From contig CM075996.1 of the NCBI GenBank assembly GCA_038087875.1, positions 5,892,001 to 5,956,000 of the forward strand: a stretch of DNA of 64,000 nucleotides. The letters run 5' to 3'. How positions within the stretch are numbered: the first letter of the stretch is position 1; each line of letters starts with the position of its first letter. Below are positions 37,320-50,075 of this stretch, piece after piece. The translations under genes and the position numbers were made by a program. The notes beneath the pieces are model-generated. The model made no database searches. It was not told the origin of the DNA and saw nothing but the letters and a program-made list of their open reading frames with translations. Source of the DNA: Malacoraja senta. Its lineage: Eukaryota.

Positions 37320-40300
37320 TTATACTACGTGTGTGGCCATGTGCCTCTCCAGCAGAGTCTTGTGCGAGAAACGCTTGTTACAGACGTGGCACTCGAAGGC
37401 CTTCTCGCCACGGTGGAGCCGCATGTGCACGTTAAGGGAGCTCTTTTGTGTAAAGCGTTTATTGCACACAGGGCACTGGTACGCTCGCACGCCTGTGTGC
37501 GTCACCATGTGTTTTATCAAGTAGTCTCTGAGCGAGAACGAACGCCAGCACACGCTGCACTGATGAGGCTTCTCACCTGCGGAGGAGGTGGGGAGAGGAA
37601 AGACATCAGTAAATCAGAGACTTCAACTGCACAAAAGGAACTGTGATTAAAACCATTCAGTAAGCAGCAAATCAGTGGAAGACTGGTGTGATAAAAGGAG
37701 CATTCTGCACACATGTTTACACAACCCTTCGTAGCCTGAACCTAAGGCCTGCAAGCGATATTATTTACTCCAGAGCAAGGGAGAGAGTGAGAGCCAGACA
37801 GGCCCTGCTCCTGACCACTGCCCTTCACCTCAGTTGGAATATGGGCATAGTTTTATGTCAGCTGAGAGATATTTAGTAGCTAAACACCGAGCTTCAGCAT
37901 AGAGTAGTGACTCGACTGAATAGAGAGTGCTGACTTTATGGATTCCAATGAGACAAAACATCTTCAAAAGAGGAGAGGGAAGATACTAAGAATGTACACA
38001 ATTAGTACTGCAAGACCTGCCAAGTAGCAAACATAGGTAGTTCACTTACCAGTCAACGAGGTAAGTGCCACAAATGTGGACAACTGAATTAAAGGGACTG
38101 ATGCCTTCTAATATTAGCAGAAATGAATTTGATTATTTCCAGGAATATATTATTCTATGTGCATTCAGTTGCATTCTGTGCATTTTGGCTGCAGCACATC
38201 CTCTTTACATCATCCAATGGTTAGTTCTCTCACTCGAGTCAAAAGGTCAGGGATTCAAATCCCACACCTGGCTAACACTCCAGTGCAATTCTGAAGGAGC
38301 AGAAGATGATATCTTTAAAACGAAATGTTAAGCTGAGGCTCAATATGCTCGTCGAGATGACTGCAAAAGCTCTCACAGAACCAGCTTGAAGAGCATGGTG
38401 CTTTCTCCAATATTTATCCTTCAAAGAACTCGGAGGTATGGGGAGAAGTGGAACTTGCTCTGGTAGAGTTGGCGCGGACATGATAGGGCCGTTCAGGACT
38501 GCTTTCTAGTTGTGCTAGGATGATTCAGTTGCCTGATAACAGCTGGGAAGAAACGGTCCATGAATCTGGAGGTGTGCATTTTCACACTTCTATACCTTTT
38601 GCCTGATGGTAGAGGGGAGAAGAGGACTTTTCAAAATATTGATTGAGTTGTACATTGGCTTCAGAACTGAACCAGGGCATTCAGCTCCTATCATGTCCGT
38701 GCCAACTCTACCAGAGGACTTTACTCCCATTGCTCTATTTTGATGGCAATTTTCTTGTTGATAGTGCTGTGACAGGCACTATCGAGATATACTAGTTATT
38801 TTTCCACTATTACTCACGAGTCTTTTCCTCAATCTGAGACCGAGGATCTCCAGTCTGAAGAAGGGTCTCGACTTGAAACGTCACCTGTTCCTTTTCTCCA
38901 GAGATGCTGCCTGACTCGCTGAGTTATTCCACCACTTTGTGTCTAACTCCTCACACATTTCCGACTGTGCTTCCATTCATTCAAATATCAAGTATCCTCT
39001 GCTTTCCAGCCGACAATGCAGCAATGAATGGTTTCATTGTACTGAGAACAGCACACTGCCAAGGTGGACTCTGACTCATCCCCAGACCATGTGTAGTGCT
39101 CGCTATAACCCACTTGTGGTAACAGTCACATTACTCCTTATTCATTAAACCTGTCCACTAACGCCGACAGTTATCTCTTCATGTCCGGTTCCAGCCCTAT
39201 GTTATTTATTGCTGACTGTAACAGGCATGCATTACCCAGAACCCTTACATTACGGCGCAGTAGTGCTGAACCTTACAGAGCCAACTACCTTTGGTAGATA
39301 TCCACCACCTTTAGGTTGGGAACCAGATACTTAATGCATAAAAAACATATGGGGTGAGCGATTCCTCAGAACCACTCAAATGACCTCATATCCTCACAGA
39401 CCACTTAGCAAGAAGAGCAGATGCACACAGGAATAAGGTTTCCAACCTAACTCACATTTTAGTCTTTATTACACAGAAATGTTAGCTGCAGCATAGCTTG
39501 GGCTTATGAAGAAAATAGATCAATGCCAAGTAGACTTATACAATAGAATTTCACACTCCAGTGGGAGCCTCTAACTTTGTATGCTGTACCCCAGGCAAAG
39601 GCAGCATGGTGGTGCAGTGGTAGATTTACTGCCTTAAGGGGCTGTCCCACTGCGCCGACCTAATCCACGAGTTCAGAAGAGTGTCTTCGACCTTCAAGCT
39701 CAAGGGCACTCGCCTGAAAAACAATGAACTGGATCGACCGTCAGCGATGAAACCGCGAACTGGATCGACTAACCGTGCACACACACAAACACATCGCAAA
39801 GGCGGGGGCCAGGGAAAGCGGTTGTGCGCTGTCTGAAATTCACACCCGCGATGAAGAGGAAAGTAAAAGACGGCTGTACAGTGTACGGTAAGTCCTTTAG
39901 AGAGCGCGGGGGGGGGGGGGGAGAAAAGGAGTGGGGACACTTTTAAGAAGTCAGACAACGTTTAATAAAGTTTAGCGGGCATTTAACCTACTGGTCGGTT
40001 TTCCTTGGTCCTGAAAACTCCAATGAGCCAATTAAAATGCCCGGTCAGCGAAGGAGATTGCCCACGGCTGCCCTAGACTGCCTGTAACTAAATAGCGACC
40101 CCACTTTCAACTGCACTACGAGTTACACGCTGCTGGCTGTACGGAGTTTGTACGTTCTCCCTGTGACTTCATGGGTTTTCTCCAGGTGCTCCGGTTTCTT
40201 CCCACGTTTCCAAAGACATGTTTAATTGGCTTCCGTAAATTGTCCTTAGAGTGTAGGATGCGAAAATGGGATAACATGGTACTAGAGTGTGGGTCAGCGT

Positions 40301-43051
40301 GGACTCGGTGAGCCGACGGGCCTGTTTCCATGCTGTACCTCTAAACTAAACACTGAGTAGACTCACTCACTGAGTCTGTGAAGCTGGCTGACGGCTGCTC
40401 TTCCCACACCTGCTCGCTGTCCTGTCACAACTGTTTCTGTGACAGGAGAGCGAGCAGATACTATACTTGCTCATTCCGGACCTGCAAATAGTCCGGTGTA
40501 CAAACAGCTCTTAGGAATGGAACTTGGTTTAACCTGTGCATAAATGTTTGAAATTGGCAATTCCTGGTGAGAGGCATTAGCAAAGGAAATGGCATACTGT
40601 GTTACATAAATACACATGGAATACAAAAGCAGGTAATATAGGAAACACTGGTTAGCTAAGCCATAACTGGGGCTTTCGGTCCAATTCCCATCACTACATT
40701 TTAGGACGGTTGTGAAGGTCCTGTAAAATGTGCAAAAAACATTTGCTTTAATGGTTGCAGGGACTGGGGATTTCAGCTCCAAGATTAGGTTGAAGAAACT
40801 GAGGTTGTTCTCCTTGAAGGTTGGAAGATTTGCTCAAGGTGCACAAGGCTATGATAGATAGGATAAATGGAGATTAGCTGTTCCCATTACTAGACTTCAG
40901 GTCGGGGGGAGTTCCCACCGCCACGGGTACCATGTAATCCCGTGCTACCTGCTCCATGGTTGGATAGTCGGCGACTAAACTGTCTCCCTCACCTGGCTTG
41001 CCAGGTGAGGGAGGGGGCTGTGGACCCCCAGCAGGACCAAAAACAAGACGTGTCAAAGGGCGGATGAGCTCCTAGCGAGCCAACGGTAGGAGTTGCGATC
41101 GTTGTCGTACATAGCATTGTAAAACACCGTGCCCGTTGATGTTTTCAACGATCATGATGATGATTAGTAGATGATTGGGGAAGTGCGAGGACAGAACTCA
41201 AAGTAATAGGGAAAAATTCGGGATGATGCAAAGGCATTGTTTTCTCTCTAAAAACACAGTGATTATGATTTTAAACACAATCTTTAAGAAGGGTGTAAAT
41301 GGAGGTAATCAGGAATTTTTGAGAGGGAGATATATTTTGGGGGAGGTAATAAATTGCAGTGCTCTAGGGTAAGAGGGGAGATATAGGACTGATTCTTTTT
41401 TAAAAAAGCAATTGGCAAAATGGCTTCTGTTTGTACTATAAAAATGCTATTAAAAAAAGAACCTGAAAGATTGCATTTAATAAAAGAGAACAACAATGTT
41501 GAACCTACCGGTGTGGACAAACATGTGCTTGGCATAGTTCTGTCTGGAGCTGAAAGTTTTCCCACACTGCGTGCATCCGTAGGGTTTTCTTTCGGCATCA
41601 CTGGAAATCGCTGGAACTGCCTGGCTTCCATCTGGGAATACCGGGGGATTCTGGCACGAGGGCTGTGCTGGAATGCTGGACACAGACGTCTGGGAGGTGG
41701 AGGCCAATGGTGGGAGATGATGGGACTGAGTAAGGCCCATTTGATAAAGGCTGCGGTGAGTAGTTGCGCCGGCTCCAGTGGGGTCTTCTTCAACATCATA
41801 TTGTGCAGAACAGCCCTGGTTACGTAGGTTGGATTGCATGGTCGAACCTGGGAGAAAGTCTTGCATGAATGTTGAAGGCCGCGGAAAAGAAGCATCAAGC
41901 TGCGACTTGCAGTCCGCTTTGCGATTTTGCGGTATGGCAGTGTCCTTCTCCTCCTTCTCTCCCTGCCAAAAGGACTTCAGTTCTTCTGGTAAGAGATCAC
42001 TGGCATTGAAAAATTCCATCTCATCTCCTTTGCTGCTCAAATTCAGATGACCAGCAGAGTCTCGTCGGTCCTCCAGTGCACTCTGGTTGGGGTTAAACGC
42101 ATTCGCCTCAGTAATTTCCTCGGTCTGTTCGTCTTGGTTGCCTTGCTGTGCGATTTGGTTGGAGACGGTTCGGACAGCGATGCTCTCGCCACAGTAAAGG
42201 AGATCATCGTCTTCTTCTTTGATGGTCACTTGACTTCCGTCAGCCATTTGAAGTCTGATTGGCTGCCGTTGCTTGCGGCTATGACTGCCCTGTGACAAAA
42301 GCCCCATCTCGGGCCGCTGGTTGGCTGCAGTATTGTACCAGATTCCACGCACCTCATTATTGCGGCCAGTCTCCATTAGAGTCAGGTTCTCCTGGTCGGT
42401 TATGACCTGCTCTCCAACTCCCTTCTGACGTGCTAATATTTGTTGCCTGCACAGAATGGGGACCATTTCTTCTGCCTTGTACCCACCATCACCTGTGGCT
42501 GTGTTCTTTGAACCTCCCTGTACAAAGTCAAACTCTCTCTCAGCAGTGTGGGGTGACAATGCTGTTTCAATAAAACCCATGGGAAACTTGTGGATCTGGT
42601 CGCCAGTGTTCTGGCAAAGACCCGCTTCCTTCTCATCGGAGAGGTCCATCTTTTGCTGGTCCCCCTGAGCTTTTTGTTGGGCATTTTGTGAAATGATCCG
42701 TGTGCACTCGTCGATTATGGTTTTAATCTGAAGGACACTCGCTGCCGTGAGGATCTGCAAAGCCTCCACATGAGAGACCATCAGTGAGCCACTATACATA
42801 AAATCCACTAGTCGTCGCAGAGTCTGGGCTGAGACCAGAGGTGGGACCTCAATCTCGCTGTAACCCAACAAGAGTTTATCGTGGAAAAAGGGGCTAGCTG
42901 CAGCCAAGACACAGCGGTGGGCTCGGAGAGCTGTGTTATGGATACGTACGGTTACATCGCAGAAATGACCACCCAGGCGCTGCGAGTTCAGCGTCTCCAG
43001 AAGGGACCTGCTGAAATTCTGAAGGTTGATGCTATGAAGTTGCTCAGCCAT
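37320..43051 (-). CDS. ZBTB45: Zinc finger and BTB domain protein 45 (ZBTB20/45 family), 2 coding exons, 599 aa, BTB + 4 C2H2 fingers
   Basis: Exon 43051-41509 ([37 protein letters not shown]...[26 protein letters not shown]) splices GT-AG to 37576-37320 ([35 protein letters not shown]...[16 protein letters not shown]). [16 protein letters not shown] and four fingers favour ZBTB45 over ZBTB20. Acceptor at 43080-43081; probable non-coding exon 1 donor at 44153-44154. Confidence 0.88.
39599..40350 (+). mobile_element. HE1-type (V-SINE) tRNA-derived SINE, split by the Harbinger insert
   Basis: Head GGCAGCATGGTGGTGCAGTGGTAG...GCCTTA, body GTACGGAGTTTGTACGTTCTCCC...CTCCGGTTTC, CR1-like 3' end GGGCCTGTTTCCATGCTGTA and CTAAA tail. 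Confidence 0.75.
39637..40125. mobile_element. Harbinger-type non-autonomous element, right end lost, inserted in an HE1 SINE
   Basis: Starts TTA|AGGGGCTGTCCCAC like the MITE at 1268; interrupts the HE1 tRNA-like head. Confidence 0.65.
40895..41162 (+). mobile_element. Structured short retroelement with (ATG)n tail (RTE/RTEX-related SINE?)
   Basis: Near-TSD ATTACTAGA / ATTAGTAGA interrupting an old CR1; several strong hairpins. Confidence 0.55.
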
Positions 43052-44049
43052 TCTGCTCTGTCTCACTGCACAAGTCAACCTGCAAACCAGAATCATAGAA
43101 ATCACAGAAAGTTTACCATGCAGGCTATACAGCCCGTCATCTAAATGTCAGCTGTAAAAGAACTGCCCAGTCTAATCCTGTCCTCCAGTACTAAATTGGT
43201 AGTCCTACAGATCACGCCTCTTCAAATGGATATCCAAATTCTTTATGGCTTCTATTTCCATCTTCTTTTCAGACATGGAGTTTCAAATTCTTAACATTCT
43301 AACATTCCCCAAGGGATATTCTATCTTATAATTCAACATTATCTTACCCAACAGATGAGGAAAGAGGGAGAGGAGCAGGATGTGAACAGGGCAAACAATA
43401 ATAGCGTGAATGGGAGGGGAGATTGTAAATATCGAGAAAGTTGTGGCAATAACGAATTAGGTGGGAGAGTGGGGAGATGCTAGATATAGGGCAAGGCATG
43501 TGATCACAACCTGCCATCAGATATTAGCAAATCAACTTCACTTCAATTTCATTTGCTGGATGCCTTTCCAATAAACACTGCCAATCAAGCTTAAGCTCAA
43601 GGTAGACACAAAATGCTGGAGTAACTCAGCGGGTCAGGCAGCATCTCTGGAGCGAAGGGACGGGTTGGAAAGAAGGAATGGGTGACGTTTCGGGTCGAGA
43701 CCCTTCTTCAGACTCATGTCAGGGGAGGGGGCTTAAGCTGACACCAGCCTGACCCACTAAGTAAATCCAGCACTTTTATTTCTTGTGGATCTTCTGCACC
43801 AAGGCTGAGGACTCTTTACTGAGGCTGTGGCAGTGCCATCCGTGCCCTGGCTGCCATCTAACAGAGCCTCCCCTGGGCCATTCATGGAGGCTGCAATTGG
43901 ACAATAAGTTGCAGACCCATAAGGAAGGATATGGACCCTTTAACAGGTCGGTGGATTAAGGAGGGATATGGACCCTTTAACATGTCGGTGGGAGGGAGGT
44001 TAAGGTGGGATATGGCCCCCTTTATCAGGGTGGAGGGGGGATTAAGGTG

Positions 44050-44500
44050 GGACACGGGCCCTTTAAATCCGAGACGAGGGCAGCGGGGCCTCTGATCACG
44101 TGAGTGCTGCGGCCCATTGGTGCCATTGACCCCCTGACCCGCAGAACAACGTACCTCCGCTTTCTCCCGCGGTGAACCGGCGCTACGCCTCTGCGAGCGG
44201 CCCTCGCAAGCCTCACGTGAGAAGTGTGGGGGATGTGGAGGTCCCGGTGCCGCCGCCGCCGCCGCCGGCGCCGATCACCCTCTCGTCTCGTCTCGGCATC
44301 GACAACCCCTCAGGGGCGGCGGGGCGATCGGACCTGTGCGTCATCACGCAACGCGACGCGTGTGTGGTTCGGCACGCATCCCACGCATGCGCTGTTCACG
44401 GCCGGTCGAAGATTGTGGGGTGGGGGGGGGGGTTGCGACATTGTGTGATGACGTCACGGGGAGCCAATGTGGCCGCCATTTTAGTGAGGTCGACTGGACA
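44050..44500. promoter_or_regulatory. CpG-island bidirectional promoter between ZBTB45 (-) and THAP7-like (+)
   Basis: High CpG density; TCACGTGA E-boxes at 44096-44103 and 44213-44220, NRF1-like CGCATGCGC at 44384-44392, full CRE TGACGTCA at 44449-44456, CCAAT at 44464, YY1 GCCGCCATTTT at 44472-44482. Confidence 0.7.
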
Positions 44501-45101
44501 GAGTGAGGCAGAGAGCGCGCAGGGAGGGAGGGAAGGAAAGAGGGAGGGTGGAGGCTGGCAGGAGGCGAAGGGAAGGATAGAAGTGGGAGGGAGAGAAGTG
44601 GGAGGGAGAAGACAGGCAGGAAAGGAGGGAGGGAGGGGTGCTGGCAGGAGGGGAAGAGAAGAAGAAAAGTGGGAGGGTGAAGGATGGGAGGATGGGGAAA
44701 GGAGGAGGGGGAAAGAAGGGCAGAGACCAGAGCAGGGAGGGGGGCTTGCGGAGAGCAAATGACCCTTGTCATCATCACCATAGCTGCCCCTCACCCCAAC
44801 CTCCCTTCTTCTCTTGTCTATGGCCACCCCTCTTTTCCCGTTTGCTGCCCTGCTCCCCCACACCCCTTTGGTTGCCTCTCTCTTTCCCACCCCCCACTTT
44901 GCTGTCCTCTTGACTCCCTGTCTACTGCCCATGTCTCCCCTCCTCCCTCGCCTTCCCTTTTGGCCCTATGACCACTGTTGTCTCCTTACCTTGCCCCTCT
45001 TTAATGGCCAGTTTGGGGAATAGGGAGGGATGTGGAATGATTATCATTATGAGACTGAAGCCTTCTGTGGTTTCTCTCAGGCTGCTCCCAAAGTGCCTGC
45101 C

Positions 45102-48018
45102 ATGCCTCGTCACTGCTCTGCTGAGGGATGCAGATCTAGGGACACAAAGGACTCGAGAATTAATGGCATCACCTTTCACAGGTCAGTACAGCAGCACCAG
45201 CACGACTAGCCTCATTCCTCCTCAGCATGCCTGCAATCTTCCATTTCACACTGCTTCAGTATGTTGTTTGATTTGTCTTGGTTTACACAGGTTACCAAAG
45301 AAAGGGAAAAGTCAGCGTGAGATCTGGTTGCTGAACTGTTGTCGAAAGAACCCGGATGGGACTGTTCCCTGGACTCCTTCCTCGCAATTTGTCTATTTCT
45401 GCTCAAAGCATTTTGAAAGACAGTGCTTTGAACTTGTGGGACTGAGGTAATATGCAGCATCAGTCTGACTGCTAATAGCTTAAGTGTTTAAAAAATGCGG
45501 TAGAATAGAGGATTGACTGTTCAAGGGGGACTGAACGCTCAATGGCCGTTTCTGGTCATGTTATTTTAAGTCTTCTTTCCACCTCCACACTAGCTTGTCT
45601 GTCCTGTACCTTCTCCGTTGCTATGTAGAGGTCAAGCGATAATTAAGAACAATACCATAAATTCTGCCTGGGTGTCTTACAACCAAATTTACATGAAAGT
45701 GGAATTTTCTAGTTTCAGGCAACGTCCTTTTGTTTCCTTATGTCTAGTCTTTGTCCACCTATCCGTGCATTCACCTATCACTTACAGGCTTGTCCTACCC
45801 CCACCTCTCTATGCAAGATTCCAGCAGCTGCAGTTCCTGATGTATCCATGCTGCAGTACTCTGTTCCTTACTCAGATGAAGATGCACAACTCTACCTGAG
45901 CTGACATGTCCCTGGTTTCTGTCCTCTCCCACGTCACCTGGAATCTCCTCGTCCCCAGCTCCCATTATTCTCCTCTTGTCCAACAATGGCGTGACAATTA
46001 CTTTGTCCCTGACCTTTCATACTTGGACTTTGATGTCTGACCTGAGTCTGGCACTTCGCACCCTCTCGTGCTTGTTGCAGTCCCTCAATTAAACAAAAAT
46101 CGTCTCGGCGTAATCTGTCCATTTTCAGTCTTGTTCCATGAAGATGACACAAAAGGAAGAAGAGTCTCGACCCGAACCTATTCTTTTTCTCCAGAGATGC
46201 TGCCTGTCCCGCTGAGTTACTCCAGCTTTTTGTGTCTATCTTTGGTTTAAACCTGAATCTGCAGTTCCTTCCTGCACAGAAGAATGTTGCAGTGTTGTTG
46301 TGTTCTGGCCTGTGACGTTCTGGTTGTGGGGAGGTCGTGGTCGGAGTTCATCGTTCACCTTCTGTTTTCGCAGTGGTTATCACCGGCTGCGCGATGACGC
46401 GGTCCCCACGTTGTTCCAACCGAGTCCTCGAGGAAAAGTGAAGTCGACCAGAGCAAACAGAGAAAAGGCAGCAGCACCAGTGGCCACCAGTGAATGGTGA
46501 GGGGTTGGTGCTTTAACATTCTTTCACCAAAAATCTGAGTTGTTTGCTCCCTTGCTGGCTCTTAGTGCTTTGAATGGCAGCAATCAGATGGTCAGTCCAT
46601 AAGAGTGTGTCCAGTCATTACCACCACTGGAGCAGAGATAATAAGAACCAATGTAAAGAATGTTCCCAGGCTGGCTGTGTAGCAGAATCAGGTTTTAGTG
46701 TTGATGCCTTCTTGAGTGAATATCATTGAATATTTGCTGTCAGATTATATCAGGACTTGAAGGCTTCAGCTTTATTCCATGGAGTGCAGAAGGCTGAGGG
46801 GTGATCTTATGGATGTGTATAAAATCACGAGAGGAATAAATAGGGTGAATGCGCAGAGTCTTTTACCCAGAGTAGGGGAATCAAGAACCAGAGGATATAG
46901 GTTTAAGGTGAGAGGGGAAAGATTTAATATGAACCTGAGGGGGAACGTTTTCAGACAGGGTGGTAGCTGTATGGAATGAGCTGCCAGAAGAGATTGTTGA
47001 GGCAGGTACTATAACAACATTTAAAAGGCACTGGACAGGTAAGTGGATGGGAAAGATTTAGGGGAATATAGGTCAAATGCGGGCAAATTAGACCATCTTA
47101 GAAGGGGCATCTTGACTGGCATAGACGAGTTGGGCCAAAGGGCTTGTTCCATCAGAGAAGGGTCATGGGCGTGCTATTGAGACTGGCTGTGTCAGGAATA
47201 GCACTTGGGAAGGGGAGAAAATTGGCTTTGTTGCCTTGTGTGGTCACTGTCGAGCTTCCCCTGTGTTTAACTCCCCTCTTCTGTCCATCTCCTCCAGTCT
47301 CACTAACAATGCTGCTTTACCCGACGCGGATCTCGGGGACGCCACGTCCAGTTTGGAGGCGAGCTTCAGCAGTTCCCACGATGCTTCCACCTTTGTCCCA
47401 GATTATTCCGTTCTCCAAGCGAGGATGAGTGAAAGCATTTGCTCGAGCAATACGCTGCTCACCGAGGCCCCGCTGTGCTCGAGTCAGGCTGAGCTGGAGG
47501 CTTCTGTGCCCACTGTAATTTACCTGGTGGACACCGAGTCAAAGCCGGTGGAATTGGACAGCACCGAGAGTGAAGAGGAAGCCTGCATGAGCATCCTGTT
47601 GTCTCAGCCCGATGTGTTGACTGACCTCCCGGCCCACAGCCAGGAGGAGCTGCACGATTTTGGGACCCTCATTCCCATCGCGCTGTACATGGCACGCCTT
47701 CCCAGTGCGGCCATGAACCCTGGGGCCCACGTCGCGGTCGAGCACAGCTATACCGTGGGCTGCCCGCTGGTTTGGAAAAAGAGGGCGGAGGTCCTGAACG
47801 AGGCCTTTGAGAGGGTGAGCAAGGAGCTGCGGGCCAGCAAGAAGCGCGAGAGCCGGCTCAGGTCCCGCATCACCTCCTTCCTGAAAGCACGAGGCCGCGG
47901 GCTGCGGGGGCGGCGGGTGAAGCTGGGCTTGGCCAACCATCTGGCCCAGCCGGTGGAAGTGTTTGAGGTGCAGGTGATAAACGATGCTGTTGAACTGTGC
48001 AACCCAGTGACCTGCTGA
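45102..48018 (+). CDS. THAP7: THAP domain-containing protein 7-like, 4 coding exons, 359 aa
   Basis: Exons 45102-45181, 45291-45446, 46374-46496 and 47298-48018 (1080 nt): [31 protein letters not shown]...WLLNCCR...[32 protein letters not shown] (C2CH THAP domain with AVPTxF box), then HCF-1 binding motif EHSY and coiled coil WKKRAE...[12 protein letters not shown] as in THAP7. AATAAA at 48612. Orthologue versus paralogue is not resolved. Confidence 0.85.
46770..47150 (+). mobile_element. CR1 LINE 3' fragment in THAP7-like intron 3
   Basis: [16 protein letters not shown]...[14 protein letters not shown]. Confidence 0.8.
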
Positions 48019-49634
48019 ACAGAGTCAAGCCTCCAGGATGGTGCCCAGAGCAATGAAGGTGAAGAGCCGTCACACACAGAGGAGAGGTAGGGAGGGAGAG
48101 GTGTGCTGGGAGTTGAATTGATCCACAAGGAGGGGAGAGGACTGAGAATTATGGGGTTTATGGGAGGGGGAGGCTTCTGGTGGGGAGGTAAGCAGTGCAT
48201 GAAGAGGAATGCTTGGGGAGGTGAGAAGGAGAAGAGAGGAGAGTGCTAGGATAGGTGTGGATAGAGGGGATGGGATCTTCTGGGAGGGACGGAATGGGTT
48301 AGGGAGAAGCATGAATCCTGACTGAGAGAAGAGGAGGGAGAGATTAATGGGAGATCGGGTGAGGCAGAGAAGAACGGTGTGAGATAAGTGGGTAGGAGAT
48401 GTGGAGTGGTAAAGAGACAAGGGAAGAGATTAAATTAGGTGAGGTTGAAGTGGCTGGGCAGGGAATTGAGAGGGAACTATATAACAGCAGTGTGTGGTGA
48501 CTGTCGCCATTGTTCTGAGGCACCAAGATGTGCAGGAGGGCATTTGTTCGCAATCAGTTGTTGATGTTTGCCTGACATGAAATGTAACATTTGAATATGC
48601 TACCTTTTAAAAATAAAGTAACTTGGATCATTACTATGGAGCACTTCAGTTCTGTAAAACACTGTTAATCACCTTTTTTAGTTACAAACTTGACTTTTCC
48701 TTGATCAGATCTTTTTTCTTATTTGGATCAGCAACGTTCAACATCATTGGGCATCATTGACCATGGCTTCTCCCACCATGTGGACGTCTGTTGGCTCGGG
48801 TAGGGTCTGACGATGAAGAATAGGATTTTCCAGGGTGGATTTTCTTTTGTTGCTCTGCCTTGAGGGTATCTTCATTATGTGTAAACAAATTGGATCTGAG
48901 CACAAAACTGGATTTGTGCAAGGGAAGATTGGGGAGGTAATGGGCAGAGCTGGTGTGAGTGCGAACGAGATGAGAGGAAACAGAGCACAGAACAGACAAC
49001 AGTACAGCACAGGAACGAGCCCTTTTGCCCACAATGTTTGTGCCGAGCATGTAGCCTAGTAAAATTGATCTCATCTGTCAGTATATTCCTTGCATTTCCA
49101 CGTGCCTATCTAAAAGCCTCTTAAACGCCACTATCGTATCTGCCTCCGCAAGGCAGACTGATGAAATGCTGCTAGAAACCTCCTGTTTTAAAATGTGCTG
49201 GTGAGCCGTCTCATTTGGGAGTTCCGCCGATGGTGCTGTGCGTCATTGCTGGGAGAAGGATCATCCTGGCGTCCACCCTGACGAGACTGTGCACCACCAC
49301 TCACCCACTGGGGCCCGGAGAATGTTCAGCCCATCAAAATAAGTCGCAACAAAGCAATGATTAAAATGTCACAACTTCCCCCCTCCCCTCCGACAACTGA
49401 ATTCTTGCTGAACAACAATTGACTGTATATTCACTTAACAACATTAAGTTATTTTTTTTTTCTGGGAGAACTTTAATACTTTGCTGTAATAGGAAATTTT
49501 AGAGCAGATGTCCACAAGTTTGGTCATTGAGGAAGAATTAAGGAGTTTCTTCAGGGAGATAGAATAGTGACATAGGTTTAGGACTGGAAGGTTATGGGCA
49601 GAGCTAGTGGCTGGGGAGCATGGTAAAAGGAAAT

Positions 49635-50075
49635 AGAACATAGAACTGTACAGCACAGGATCGGGCCCTTTTGCCCACCATGATTGTGCTGAGCATGATG
49701 TCTGGTTAAATTTATCTCATCTGCCAGTACTTGCTCTATATCCCACTATTCCCTGCACTTCCACGTGCTTATCTAAAAGCCTCATAAACATCATTATCGT
49801 ATCTGCCTCTGCCAACACCCCTGGCAATGTGTTCCAGGTCCCCACCGCTCTCTGTGTGGGGGAAAAAAAAAACCTTGCCTGTACATCTCTATTAAACCGT
49901 CCCCTTCCCACCTTATAGCTATGCCCTCTGCTGTTGGACATTTCCATCCTGGGGGAAAAGAGGTTCTGACGCTCTAATCTATGCGTCTCATAATTTTATA
50001 TACTTCTATCAAGTCTCTCCTCAACCTCTGACATTCTAGAGCAAACACTCCAAGTCTATCCAATCTCTCCCCGTG
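49635..50075 (-). mobile_element. CR1 LINE 3' fragment
   Basis: ERLDRLGVFALECQRLRRDLIEVYKIMR; TQRAVGTWNTLP. Confidence 0.75.

Noticed and set aside
41061..41084. CGGATGA-GCTC..GAGC-CAAC hammerhead look-alike
   Set aside because: Two essential core positions differ (U4, G12) and helices I and III are not evident
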